A stretch of 62,776 nucleotides of DNA, the filler included, from Perkinsus olseni (Eukaryota), in NCBI GenBank assembly GCA_013115125.1. It is 32 parts of 32 records of this genome, joined end to end, with 100 filler letters (N's around TTAATTAATTAA, not from the genome) between each part and the next. Parts side by side here need not be neighbours in the genome. Positions count along the whole stretch, not along the records: positions 12,077 to 13,979 come from JABANN010001702.1; positions 14,080 to 15,981 come from JABANN010001703.1; positions 16,082 to 17,977 come from JABANN010001704.1; positions 18,078 to 19,969 come from JABANN010001705.1; positions 20,070 to 21,951 come from JABANN010001706.1; positions 22,052 to 23,933 come from JABANN010001707.1; positions 24,034 to 25,912 come from JABANN010001708.1; 25 more parts are not named here. The stretch is one strand, 5' to 3'. Under the pieces are notes generated by a model. It made no database searches, was not told the origin of the DNA, and worked only from the letters and a program-made list of their open reading frames with translations. The stretch's first letter is position 1, and every line of letters starts with the position of its first letter. The position numbers and the translations under genes were made by a program. Below are positions 12,453 to 24,520 of the stretch, in pieces.

Positions 12453-13979
12453 CTATCTAGCCTTACCCATTGATAGCCATACTATTTTCAAGAACTTAAC
12501 GAGACGCCTTAGCCTCCCACGTTCAGTAAAGAAGTACGCCAAAGAGGCGCCATGCGGCCTAAGAAGATAAGAAGCTCTTGACAGTGAAAACTCAGGGCAG
12601 TCAAGGATCAGGTGATTCCAAGTTTCTTTGGAACCCCCGCAGAACCTGCATGAGTCCGTGTGGCACCTGCCGAACTTAAAAAGATGAGAGCGACACCTAG
12701 TGCCACTCACAGCCCAGAAGACCAGATTGCGGTCGAAACCAGAAAGCCGAGTCCATGTCCTGATGTGAGACATCGAGAACAGGAAGTGCCGAGTCCGGGG
12801 AGAGAGCTTCAAGAGACCAGACTTGAAGCTCAGCTCGAGTTTCCGAGAGATGTACTCGTCTATCAACGTTCTTGTAAACGACCACGGAGCGAGCTCGTTG
12901 TCATGCCGCCCGATTCCCTCAGAGCCCAGGTTGGCGAGCGAGTCCGAGACTTCATTGCCACGGTGGTTGGCGTGTCCACGGATCCACACCAGCTTCACTC
13001 CAATTCCTGAAGAAGAGAGAGCCAGAAGAAGCTTCCGGGCCTTACCAGCCGTATTAGAGACCCTAGGAGAGGACGCCACTGAGAGTATTGCAGCCTTGCT
13101 GTCAACGTGGATGCGAAAGCTAGCACCCGTCGGGGAACCGCCCGAGATGAAGCCTTTAATCCAACGAAGGGCACTGTAGATGCCACAGACCTCGTCTTGA
13201 CAGATGTTACACCAGGATGGCAGTGACCTGAAGAACAACCGAGGCGCATGTTGACTCGCGATTACCATGCATCCGAAGCCGTTGCGGGGGTTTCGACAGC
13301 CTCGCCTTGATCCATCTGTGAAGATGTTCACCTCGTTCGGGGAGGAAGGTCGGGCGTTAGCAAGCCACTCTAGATCAGGCCCGTCATCAGGCTGGGGCAA
13401 AGCAGAGCCCCGCAAGAATCGGTCGACGGCAGCCTCGCCGTTGCCAACGTCGACAGCACCAGAGGGTGGGTCCCTTTCGGCATGGTCGGACCGGAAGCCC
13501 GGGCCACTACCACCATCTTCACCATGACCAACCAGACCACCACGATCAACCAGACCACCAGGACCAACCAGTTCATCCGGACCACCACTACCACCACGAC
13601 CACCACGACCACCGCTATCAGAGTCGAGCGCGAACAATTGCGAAGAGACCACATCCCCCTCCCAGTTCTTATATCTCTCACATTTCGCCAGGTAATCAGA
13701 GGCGAGACCTAACTGTTGAAGCACTCTCTTGCCTTCCTTGCACAACTTTTTCTGGCTATAGAAGTCGTTGTGCAGCCAGGCCTTGCACCACCTACCAAGT
13801 GCGGCTCCTGCCGGATGGCGGAGGCCACAAGTCACTCCCAAGAGCACAGTCGAGCTAGAGGCAGCCGCTCTGAGTAGGACACGCGCCATCGAATTGTGTA
13901 GCCTGGTTAGGATAGCATAGGTGCCACTATTGAGGGCCTTGTGGCCCCAAACTTCCGAGCCGTAAGTAGCAATAGAGAG
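12453..13979 (-). mobile_element. Non-LTR retrotransposon ORF2 3' end: RT thumb, RNase H, C-terminal CCHC
   Basis: YGSEVWG upstream in frame, IFTDGS, HVDSKAAI, WIRGHANHRGNEVSDSLA, CRFCGGSKETWNHLILDC. Confidence 0.9.
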
Positions 13980-14169
13980 NNNNNNNNNNNNNNNNNNNNN
14001 NNNNNNNNNNNNNNNNNNNNNNNTTAATTAATTAANNNNNNNNNNNNNNNNNNNNNNNNNNNNNNNNNNNNNNNNNNNNCCGTAAAAGCTCCGTAGTAAC
14101 GGAGAAAGCTCAATTTCTGCGATTTGCATATCAAAAGCGAACGCACTGTATACTCGTGCCGAGCGCTCT

Positions 14170-14247
14170 TCCACACTGGCGTAATGGTAGAGCGCGCGGT
14201 TGGCACTCACGAGGTCGTGGGATCGATTCCCACGTAAGGTGTTTTTT
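14170..14247 (+). pseudogene. tRNA-like element (A box, B box, T6 terminator) with non-pairing acceptor stem
   Basis: TGGCGTAATGG A box, GTGGGATCGATTCCCAC T-arm, then GTTTTTT; 5' TCCACAC cannot pair with 3' TAAGGTG. Confidence 0.65.
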
Positions 14248-14411
14248 CTACTGTTGGCAGCACCATGCATCTAACGCTGTGAATAAAGTCCTTGTTAGTT
14301 TTGTTTATGCCCTACCACGGGCGTCCCATCCTCCCCCCTTGTTGTCCTCTTTCTCCTCCTCCTCCTCTCCAATCGCCATCATCATCAACTCCCTTACTAC
14401 CCCACAGTACT

Positions 14412-15910
14412 ATGCACACACTACCATCCGGGCAGCATGATATGACATGTATGTGTATTAATAGGAGGGTTTACACACTATCATTATGTTTGTTTTTTGC
14501 CTGCCTTTCTGGTTTTGCCTACGGTTATGATTTATCAGTAATATCATCAGTACTGCCCGATATTACCACCCACTTTGCCCTAACTCCCTCGAGCAAGAGT
14601 CTAGTAGTGACACTATTCTCTGTTGGCATGTTAATAGGCCGACTCAGTGGAGGGCCCGTTCAAGATACTTTTGGACGGAGGCTCGGTCTTGCTGTTGCTG
14701 ATGTATTTATTATAATATCAGTATCATTAACATGGATACTAGGGTCACGTTATTTTACACTATTATTGATATGTAGACTACTACTAGGTATTGGTATTAG
14801 TCTGGCCTTACTCATTGGCTGCACGTATTTGTCCGAGATAGCCCCTCCAAAATGGAGGGGTAGGATGATAACGTCACATGAGCTATCAGTATGTATCGGG
14901 TCTCTGGTTGGATTCAGTACTACTGCTTTTACTTCGTCTACTGCCACTACTCTCTGGCCACTACTTATTGGTGTTGCTGTCTTCCCTGGTGTAATACAAC
15001 TATTATTGATGTAATGATAATACCAACAATACCACATCTTCCCCACTTGTATTGGTATAGATACTTCCTACCAGAATCACCAAGATGGCTGATTACAGTT
15101 GCATGTAATACCAGACCCGACGTCAGAGCACGTAGGTTGGACCAATTCAATGATGTCATCAATAGGTAGTAATACAACTGCTGCCCCTGCTAGTGGTGAT
15201 GTCTCTGTTGTAGGTTGGGGTATACTAGTGACGATGATGAGGTAGAGGGTATGCTGAAAGATGTCAGTGATGATACCAATACTAGTACTACTAGTGATGA
15301 TAATAAACATGTAATATGGATACGGTCTTACTGTAGTGGGTATATAATATTACCCCAGGTGCTCCCCCATCATAGTAGTAGTAGTAGTACTTGGTTGTAT
15401 CGTTTAACGTATGCGCTGCAACATCATCTAAGAGGGTTGATATTAACAGTCCTAGTATGTACAACGGCATCAGCATGCGGGTTCTATGCCTTCCAATCCT
15501 ATGCTGCTGATGTGATATCCCTACTTACTAGCAGATCTCTACAATACGTCCAAGTCCACTATCTACCCTATGTCGGTCTAATGAAGCTACTCGGCACTAT
15601 AGTGGCGTTAATACTGATAGATGGTAGAAGGAGTAATAATAAGGTTGGTGGTAGGAGGAGGTTGCTATTAACATCCATACTGGGTATAGCTCTAGCGGAG
15701 GGTGTACTAGCAGCTCTACTACAAGTGGTAATAATAATAACAATAACAATAACCTTGTCATTAACCACTATGCTGTTGCGCATCATCTCAGGTTGATTCT
15801 AGTGATGATATAAACATCCCAGAGAGTATCCCAGTAATACTGTTTTATTTGGTAATATTCTTCTGGAGCATCGGACTTGGACCGATACTGTTAATGGCTG
15901 CCAATGAGTA
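14412..15910 (+). CDS. MFS sugar porter, multi-exon, 3' incomplete; start approximate
   Basis: GYDLSVIS, DTFGRR, YLSEIAPPKWRG, LPESPRWL, IDGR..GGRR, WSIGLGP; GT-AG introns near 15010-15060, 15165-15213 and 15728-15791. Confidence 0.88.
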
Positions 15911-15915
15911 ATAAT

Positions 15916-15980
<65 letters not shown>

Positions 15981-15981
15981 C
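15910..15981 (+). repeat. (AAT)/(AAC)n microsatellite at contig end
   Basis: Directly visible. Confidence 0.95.
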
Positions 15982-16083
15982 NNNNNNNNNNNNNNNNNNN
16001 NNNNNNNNNNNNNNNNNNNNNNNNNTTAATTAATTAANNNNNNNNNNNNNNNNNNNNNNNNNNNNNNNNNNNNNNNNNNNNAG

Positions 16084-16998
16084 GCGGCCACCACTCAGGC
16101 CGCGACAACCGCGGCCCCTACTACCCAGGCTGCCACGACTGCGGCTCCTACTACGCAGGCTGCCACGACTGCGGCCCCTACTACCCAGGCTGCGACCACA
16201 GCGGCTCCTACTACCCAGGCTGCGACCACTCAGGCTGCCACTACAGCGCCAACGACCACTCAGGCTGCGACCACTCAGGCCGCGACAACTGTGGCTCCTA
16301 CTACCCAGGCTTCCACTACAGCGGCACCGACTACCCAGGCCGCCACTACCGCGGCTCCTACTACCCAGGCTGCCACAACTGCGGCTGCGACCACTCAGGC
16401 TGTGACTACTCAGCCTGCGACGACTCAGGCGGCCACTACTGCGGCTCCTACTACCCAGCCTGCCACTACTGCGGCTGCGACCACTCAGGCGGCCACTACT
16501 GCGGTTCCTACTACCCAGGCTGCCACAACTGCGGCTGCGACCACTCAGGATGCGACCACTCAGGCTGTGACTACTCAGGCTGCGACGACTCAGGGGGCCA
16601 CTACTCAGGCTGCGACCACTCAGGCGGCCACTACTGCGGCTCCTACTACCCAGGCTGCGACCACTCAGGCTGCGACCACTCAGGCTGCGACTACTCAGGG
16701 TGCCACTACTCAAGCTGCGACCACTCAGGCTGCGACCACTCAGGCTGCGACTACTCAGGCTGCCACGACTGCGGCTCCTACTACCCAGGCTGCCACGACT
16801 GCGGCTCCTACTACCCAGGCTGCGACCACAGCGGCTCCTACTACCCAGGCTGCGACCACTCAGGCTGCCACTACAGCGGCAACGACCACTCAGGCTGCGA
16901 CCACTCAGGCCGCGACAACTGCGGCTCCTACTACCCAGGCTGCCACGACTGCGGCTCCGACTACTCAGGCGGCTACGACTGCGGCTCCTACGGCGTAG
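16084..16998 (+). CDS. Mucin-like Thr/Ala-rich repeat protein, C-terminal part
   Basis: Open frame of 15-nt units encoding TTQAA/TTAAP with third-position variation, ending in TAG at 16998. Confidence 0.8.
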   Translation, partial: AATTQAATTAAPTTQAATTAAPTTQAATTAAPTTQAATTAAPTTQAATTQAATTAPTTTQAATTQAATTVAPTTQASTTAAPTTQAATTAAPTTQAATTAAATTQAVTTQPATTQAATTAAPTTQPATTAAATTQAATTAVPTTQAATTAAATTQDATTQAVTTQAATTQGATTQAATTQAATTAAPTTQAATTQAATTQAATTQGATTQAATTQAATTQAATTQAATTAAPTTQAATTAAPTTQAATTAAPTTQAATTQAATTAATTTQAATTQAATTAAPTTQAATTAAPTTQAATTAAPTA

Positions 16999-17736
16999 AC
17001 GGACCCGATGTCATGTAGGTAGTTAGCGACCAGAGCAGTTATGTCACTAAGTGACTATTCATGTTTCTCTGAAACCGAAGTCCGGTACTCGGACATTTTT
17101 CGGATGATCTAATCTCAAGTCCGAGCATTCACGTATATATTCCTTTGCATGTTTGAGAGAGCGTAGAAGCTGCGCCACGTCATTTCTAGTAGTATGCTAG
17201 TGAGTCGATTCGTAGGATTTGTTGCGTTGAACGAGTTCTCGTGGCTGTGAAAGCAGTGCCTGGTGTATTCCCGGTCAACGAATCACCAAAAGAGTCTTTG
17301 GGTGTCTCCTAGCAGGAATAAAATATATCAGTAGACACTCATGTATACACATCATGAATACTTTCACAAGCATAGGCCATTGGATGCCTCATCAGACGGC
17401 AGTCATTTTTATGCGGCCTATCTGTCAGTCCGTACTGACAAAAGTATGGGCCGTGCTGTGAACGCCTCGGTATATCGGCCTGAAATGCGCAGATACCTCG
17501 AGATATTTCTATGTGGGTCATCCTCCTGACTCATTCAGCGTGGTGCCTCGACTTGATTGGTCATTCATTTCACCGTTAAGCTATTCTTCTCGCGCCGAGG
17601 AGTTCAACAAGGCTCATTGCTCCCACTGAACGGAGGCGAAGCTATTGATACGTCAGTAACAGTATTCGTCTCCAGTCCTACTGGTTCAGTACTACAGAAG
17701 CTACAAAAGATGGACTAAGATTCTGAATCGCAATGG

Positions 17737-17787
17737 AATCTGCTCTTGTGAAGCTATCCAAGTTGAGTAGCTTCACAAGAGCAGATT
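17737..17787. repeat. Perfect 20-bp inverted repeat with 11-nt loop
   Basis: AATCTGCTCTTGTGAAGCTA-tccaagttgag-TAGCTTCACAAGAGCAGATT. Confidence 0.9.
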
Positions 17788-19872
17788 TCGTAACCCGACC
17801 GAGAGCATTTGCTACCGGCGGACTCAGTGAGTCCGATTCACTTGAGCCGACTACTCAAGCTCCCAGCTTTCTCGAACACTCGACCGGCTCACAATTCTCG
17901 CACTAAGAAGATTCCGGAATCTTCCCGTTTCGGCAAAAGTGATCATGCGCTTCATCATGCGCTTCCCAGATCAAGAANNNNNNNNNNNNNNNNNNNNNNN
18001 NNNNNNNNNNNNNNNNNNNNNTTAATTAATTAANNNNNNNNNNNNNNNNNNNNNNNNNNNNNNNNNNNNNNNNNNNNGAGGGCTCAGATGTTGGACTTCT
18101 ACACCTAAACAGAATCATTCATGACGGGGCAACAGCAGCACGATGAGGAGGAGAAGAAGGCCTTACCGTTTAGTCGGGGAGGGCTGCTTCCGCCAATCCC
18201 GAATCTTCGGACCACTCGGGTTGTACTGGATGTACCGCTTTTGGGGAGTTGAACGTTGACGGCCGGGAGACGAATGGTTACGCTTGTACTGATCGAACCG
18301 GTTGAGCGGCGGAGACCGAGGGCGCATTGGACTCATTGCAGTAATCATTAAGATGAGTACTAACCAGGAAAAACCTATCACACAACTAAACCTACTTTGA
18401 ATCGCCCATAGACCAACCAAAGGTACCTCAGACTGACCAGAAACCATGATTAAACATGCAGACACCAACGCACCCATCAACCTTCGTTTTGCATCAACCC
18501 CTTCAACCCGCTGCACTCTACTGCGCAAGGCCGTCCGCAGCCACCACCTTCCAAGATCCGTCGAAGATACCTAAAACCCGACGCGCCTAACGTCTCCGGC
18601 ATCGAGGTACAGCCTCCACCGACATCTCAAAACCCACCGCGTTCTCAGAATATCCGCATCGACCTTCCAGGCGACGCTCGATAACACGAGCTCCACCGCA
18701 AACCTCTTGTCTTCATCACACATCGCAAACGAGCAGCTTTCAATCAACGTACATGAAAGGTCTCATGAAAACGACCAAACTCCATCCGCAGGAGAATTGA
18801 CGCCAGCCCAGAATATAAAAGAAACGCGCCCACGCAAGAGACCAGGAAAAAATACCTATTGTTGGTAGCATACCTGACAACCGAAGAACGCGATATAAAA
18901 CACTAGGGAGTCCAGCGCACGACAACAGCCCAACCGAAACCGCTACGACCTTACCACAACTTCTCTGTCACTCCCACTGCAGCACTCACTGATGACGCCG
19001 TAACAGCTACCCGGACGATAGTGCAGCCAGGTGAACATAGGTTCAACATGGCGCCGAGTGCCCCACTTAACCTCCGCTACCGAGCATCCACGGCCTCAAC
19101 CAAGGCCCGAGAGTTCGCTCGACCAATACCATCAACGACACTGGCTGCAACAATCTAATACGAGCTGCTAAAGTCGACTCTCACCGCTCGAACACTTCGA
19201 TCGTATCTCATGCGCGGGAAAACGACAGGTAAGACAACCTGAAGTAAAGAATAACGCTAGTGATCGAACGAACATGCAACTCTCCAAAGCCGTACAGCTA
19301 CTCACTAGGCGAGCATGAACACGTCCACAGCCCGGGTATAAACACCAAGTACCCTTGACACAGCAAATCCCTTTCGGCAAGGCTGAGCAACACGGGCTCA
19401 TAAGGCCACCGCGGCGCTATTGCACCAGCGCTAGCCTGCGGCAGTGGAGTACTCCGATACGTTTCGCTATACCTCAGCGAAACAGCTGGGCGAGCGCTGT
19501 CTTCCTTGTGACACAAAGATGCGGTGGTACTGTCCCCCAGTGCCACAACGCACGCGCAGGACATTGCGTGCGTCGGGGTGATAATTAAGGCGTTAATTAA
19601 CCGGGGTGTCCAGGCCGGTGGGAATGATGGGAATGATGTTGGGTGATGAAGAGAACCTCTGTCGCTAACGAAAGTCCTCGCTTACTTATACTCTCTGAAA
19701 TTGTGCCCTCGGGAGACTAAGAGTGAGCTGCTCGGCTGTCGTGATGAGGATGTAGCAGCGAGAGGCTACGATCGATACTTGCACTGCAGAGTCAGTCGGA
19801 GAACGAAGATGCCCGGAATGGCTGGTGCGAACTGTTAGGCCGTGCCAGTCGTGCATCGCTTCCTCTCCGACA

Positions 19873-19969
19873 GATAGTAGTAGTGCTGGTCGTAGTTGAT
19901 AGTAGTAGTGCTGGTCGTAGGTGATAGTAGTAGTGCTGGTCGTAGTTGATAGTAGTAGTGCTGGTCGTA
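19873..19969 (+). repeat. 25-bp tandem repeat (gatagtagtagtgctggtcgtagKt), about 4 copies, running off the contig
   Basis: Directly visible. Confidence 0.9.
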
Positions 19970-20530
19970 NNNNNNNNNNNNNNNNNNNNNNNNNNNNNNN
20001 NNNNNNNNNNNNNTTAATTAATTAANNNNNNNNNNNNNNNNNNNNNNNNNNNNNNNNNNNNNNNNNNNNCGATCTCGCGAGCTGGACCCTCACGCTTAGC
20101 TATAGGTGGGTGAGTGACAACTGGTACAGTGACAGTACAGTTATTTCGATAGCTATAATTCCCCCAGGAGGATTAGAACCTGTGCCAGATATGTGGAAAA
20201 TCGTTGACTCGCCAAGTTCGCCTGAAAAGCCATACCCAATAATGAAAGCAAAAGGACCCAATCCCACGGGTAGATTTTAATACCTGGGGATACCTCCAAC
20301 TCGTGACATCTATCGATGAGATATCACACTCAAGGGTGCTATGACTCGTGCGAGTGTCCCGTATTGGCGCAACACCGAGGCGCCACTAGTCAATGTTATC
20401 AGTATGCAGCGGAGCTGATAAAGGCCTCACGAGGGGGAATATGCGTACACGTGCTGATAGCTGAAATCGATCATCATCGCATCGATCACCGCGCCAGTCG
20501 GCATCGACAACCGCGCCAGTCGACGGCGCT

Positions 20531-20552
20531 CCATAACATGCCCCCCTCCTTG
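20531..20552 (-). promoter_or_regulatory. Polypurine tract and start of 3' LTR (TGTT at 20538)
   Basis: The minus strand reads AAGGAGGGGGGCA-TGTTATGG about 30 nt after the integrase stop. Confidence 0.7.
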
Positions 20553-20581
20553 AGGTGGTTATTGCAGAGAGGAAAATGAGT

Positions 20582-21951
20582 CTAGTCATGACCATCGTCA
20601 GACAGAAGAAGCTTGATATCGCGACTGTGCGTGCTCACTTCATGACCAGATACATCGGCCTTGGTGATGAATACATTCGCACTTACCTGGCGAATGATGA
20701 TCGCTGTATACCATCGGAAATTTAGCTTAGCCAACGGGGACGGACAGCGGACCAACACTCGCGTGCCTGTTGGGATGACCTGCTCGGGAAGTGGATCAAC
20801 AAAACACGAGTCAACGTAGTCATGGCCCTGACGACACTGCCTTGGAACATGCATACCCATAGAGGCCGGAAAGGAGTGGACCGACGAATGCGGGCTGGTG
20901 TCCCCACGCTTGGTGACATTCCATGAATAAACTGCATGATGGATAAGATCACAGTAGGTAGTGTAGGACATGCCCTTGCCATCATGATGGGTACGGAGAT
21001 ACTCGTTCAAGTACCTATGAACTCTCTCGACCCTCCCGTTGGATGGCGAAGATCCTCGGGGAGTGAAGAGATGGATAGCGTCCCATGATTTGATAAGATC
21101 GGCCATGGCCATGCTCGAATACTGGGTTCCGTTGTCCGAGTGGAGCATCAGAGAGACAACGTGGAAGGTATGCACGAGAGACGTGAGTAGTGAGCAGACA
21201 TCTTGAGAATTCGGCGGATGCTGAGTAGGACGCACTAACAGGAAGTTCGAAAAACTGTCGATGACAGAAGTGAAATAGAAGCGAGTAGTGCCGTCCACGG
21301 ATCGCAAGTAGGGGCTTGCAATGTCAGAATGAATGCGTACGAAAGGGAACGGGGCTCGGGGGAGGTGCCGGGGAGAAGTGAATGGTTGACGGTCTCCCGG
21401 AAAGGCCTTCCCTCTGGAACATGCTTCGCAATGGAAAGGCTCAATGGCCGACGCAAGGCCCGGTGCCTCAATGTATTCCCGGCATTGAGACAGCATTGCA
21501 GCATGCTCTTCGTGATCGTGTACTCGAGACAAAAATTCCCCAATAAGGTGAGGCGGCAGGAGGACTTTCCCGTCCCGGATGGGAAATTGTTGGAGCCAAT
21601 CACGAAGATCACGATTCTGAGTGCTGAGAGACGGAGCACTCGGAGCCGGAACGGCCACCAGAGCGAGAGAGTCAGCGGCTCCAGGGGTAGCGTATTCCTG
21701 GACGAGTCCAAGAATCTCTCGAGATAACGGTTGCGGCAGTCGTGATGGAACATCAGCGAGATTCTCCGTAGTGGGCACGTGAGTCACGGTTAACGTGATA
21801 TGGTAGTTGCGGCAGATGTCGTGAATCAGTTGGATTCGGCTCTCAACCGCATGGCGGAACAGGCCATGGATTTTTGTTCAATGTCGATTGGCGGATCGAC
21901 TGAGCCATGCGACAACTGAAGTGTTATCCGTACGGACAGTGAGACAGCACT
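20582..21951 (-). mobile_element. LTR retrotransposon RNase H-integrase, decayed copy
   Basis: RTDNTSVVAWL (upstream of an in-frame TGA), HVPTTENLADVPSR, CEAC, IHSDIA, IDSFS, HSDNGTQY, SNGRVERVH. Confidence 0.88.
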
Positions 21952-22425
21952 NNNNNNNNNNNNNNNNNNNNNNNNNNNNNNNNNNNNNNNNNNNNTTAAT
22001 TAATTAANNNNNNNNNNNNNNNNNNNNNNNNNNNNNNNNNNNNNNNNNNNNCCGTAACACTCACTGTGAGACCATTCTCGCTCGCCCGACCGAATCACTT
22101 CCGCTGTAGTTGACCCTAGCCTCTGTCGGGACTCTCCATGAAAATGGTGAAGGGCGAGAAAATCCGGGTTTGTGAGGTTTTGACCCACTAAAAGTGGTGA
22201 AACCCTGAAAGTGGTGAACAACAATCTCGCCCGCCTCGAGATGAACAAAATTATGTGATATGGGCAATTTAGTACCATTCCTTCTCGAACCAACCCACCT
22301 TTCTATCGCCAGTCCCTCACATAGAGGCCTAGTAATACGTGGTCAAGTTATGGGTTACTCGGTGGGTAGCGGGGAATACAATCGACATCGAGGCCGCTTT
22401 TGTTTTTTCACGATGCCTCCGACTA

Positions 22426-22979
22426 GGGTAATTCCCAAAATCCAAGGGAGGAGTACAAAATCCAAGGAAGCGTTTTCAGGGATCTGCATTACCTGGGCAA
22501 TAGTTCGGGTTTCTGGTTGACCTGGGTAACAGTTCCGGGATCGGGTTGCCCTGTCCGGGATCGGGTTGCCCTGCCCGGGATCGGGTTGCCCTGCCCGGGA
22601 TCGGGTTGCCCTGGGTAACAGTTCCGGGATCGGGTTGCCCTGCCCGGGATNNNNNNNNNNNNNNNNNNNNNNNNNNNNNNNNNNNNNNNNNNNNNNNNNN
22701 NNNNNNNNNNNNNNNNNNNNNNNNNNNNNNNNNNNNNNNNNNNNNNGGATCGGGTTGCCCTGGGTAACAGTTCCGGGATCGGGTTGCCCTGGGTAACAGT
22801 TCCGGGATCGGGTTGCCCTGGGTAACAGTTCCGGGATCGGGTTGCCCTGTCCGGTTTCAAGAGGGGTTTCTGGTTTCCCGTTCCTGCCTTCATCCGCAAT
22901 CCAGGGGTTTTTTTCTGTTGCTTTTGCCCCCCTGTCGCACGCGCTTCCTTGGATTTTGTACCTTTTTTGTACTTCACTC
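22426..22979. mobile_element. Non-autonomous Mutator-like element with 9-bp TSD and internal minisatellite
   Basis: TSD CTCCGACTA at 22417-22425 and 22980-22988; termini GGGTAA.../...TTCACTC; perfect 20-bp subterminal IR at 22453-22472 and 22942-22961; internal 29/20-bp tandem units (gggatcgggttgccctgggtaacagttcc). Confidence 0.75.
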
Positions 22980-23670
22980 CTCCGACTACCACGAGTCGTG
23001 GTCTACGAAAAGCTCGCGTATATTCAGTTCTGCGATGGCTCAGTTCTGTTCTCGCACGCCAGATATTTCATTGTGTGAAACGGTCGAGCTGAACTAAGCT
23101 CAACGCTAGTAGCTTTCACCATGGTCTGACGGTCAGACTCTGACCGAATCACCGTGTGATTGATCGCTACTAGTGAGTCGCAGTATTGACCGTTCTCAGT
23201 GCCCTTCTTTTCTTTGTTGTTCTCTCCTTCTTCGATCCTCCCTTGGATCTGCTCCCTCTGATCGTCAGCTCCCCCTGGTCGTCCGCTCCGTAGTATCTGA
23301 TCTGCTATCTGTACCTCTTCTATCTCCTGTGCGTCGTGTTCGACATGGAGACAGACACCGTCCCTTCCGGCGGACAAACTGGTTCGTCACACAGGAATTT
23401 ACCATTGGAAGCGCCTGCTAGTCGCGCGAGCTGAATTTTCTTCAATTTAGACGGTGGATGTTGGCCAATCAAGGGCCGACGCGGACTGTCTCCCAGAGTT
23501 ACAATCAAGTACCGCGTATGAAGTTCATATGCATATTATGGATCATTTCGTAAATCTTCGGTTGGTTTCTCACAGGTTCTCTCCGTGATGCGAATCCCGC
23601 CCTCTGGACTCGGGAATCTCACCTTCGAAGCAATCTACTGTAAGGTTAGTTCTGTTCTTGCCTCCATTCA

Positions 23671-23933
23671 ATGATACTAGAATGGGCGCTTTTCTACTCG
23701 GCGGCTGTGTCATGGAATTTGGCTTTCGCTTCTGCTCCATTGACGTTGTTGATGAAGAGAAATAGAGCGGAAATTGAGATCGATGGTCATCTGATAAACT
23801 TACTTATCGACGCTGGTAGTCATATGACGTACCTAGTATACGGTGGTTGGTATGAAAGTGTCTACGGCCGTGGTTCCTGCAAGTACCTCATCTCGGGTTG
23901 CTACTTCTGCCCTCCAACCGACCCGTGTGACCT
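23671..23933 (+). CDS. Secreted aspartyl protease-like protein, N-terminal fragment
   Basis: Hydrophobic N-terminus, then IDGHLINLLIDAGSHMTYL (DTGS-like first catalytic motif) and a Cys-rich segment. Confidence 0.65.
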
Positions 23934-24520
23934 NNNNNNNNNNNNNNNNNNNNNNNNNNNNNNNNNNNNNNNNNNNNTTAATTAATTAANNNNNNNNNNN
24001 NNNNNNNNNNNNNNNNNNNNNNNNNNNNNNNNNATCGAAAGTGTAGAAGGCGTCTTGTGATGATTTTGTAGTTCTCAATGCGGCAAATGAATCAAGAGTG
24101 CCGAGTCAAGTCGAGCGACAGGAGACGAAATCGTCTTGAGCAAAAACGAATATCCACAATGATAGGAATATATGTACATAAATCGGACGTTTCTCAGGAG
24201 CAACATCAAATACGATTGCCATATTTAATCGAGGACATAATACGAAATACAAACTAGAAGTTCGACGACAGGTAAAATGCTACAGAACCGCCCAAAATAG
24301 ACAGTGGCCCTCAAGCAAAGCGTGATAGTAATCAAGCAAGCAAGTCGAGATATTCGACAGAAGTAACCTCATGCTTCAAGCGGTGGTGACTGTAGCCAAG
24401 CAATCAATGAGACCAAGGACGACGACACGAATGCAGAAATAGAATTATCAAGCAAATTATTTGGCAAACATGATCGGACGTCTCTCGCGAGGCCCCAAAG
24501 GTTTCTCGCGGCAAGTAATC

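Noticed and set aside
16030-16713. Ser/Gly/Arg-rich antisense ORF
   Set aside because: Shadow of the mucin repeat; wobble variation fits the plus-strand frame.
19044-19065. CA-TGGCGCCGAG as an LTR end plus primer-binding site
   Set aside because: No gag ORF follows and no LTR partner is visible.
22520-22850. CRISPR array
   Set aside because: Head-to-tail units without unique spacers, in a eukaryotic context with no cas genes.
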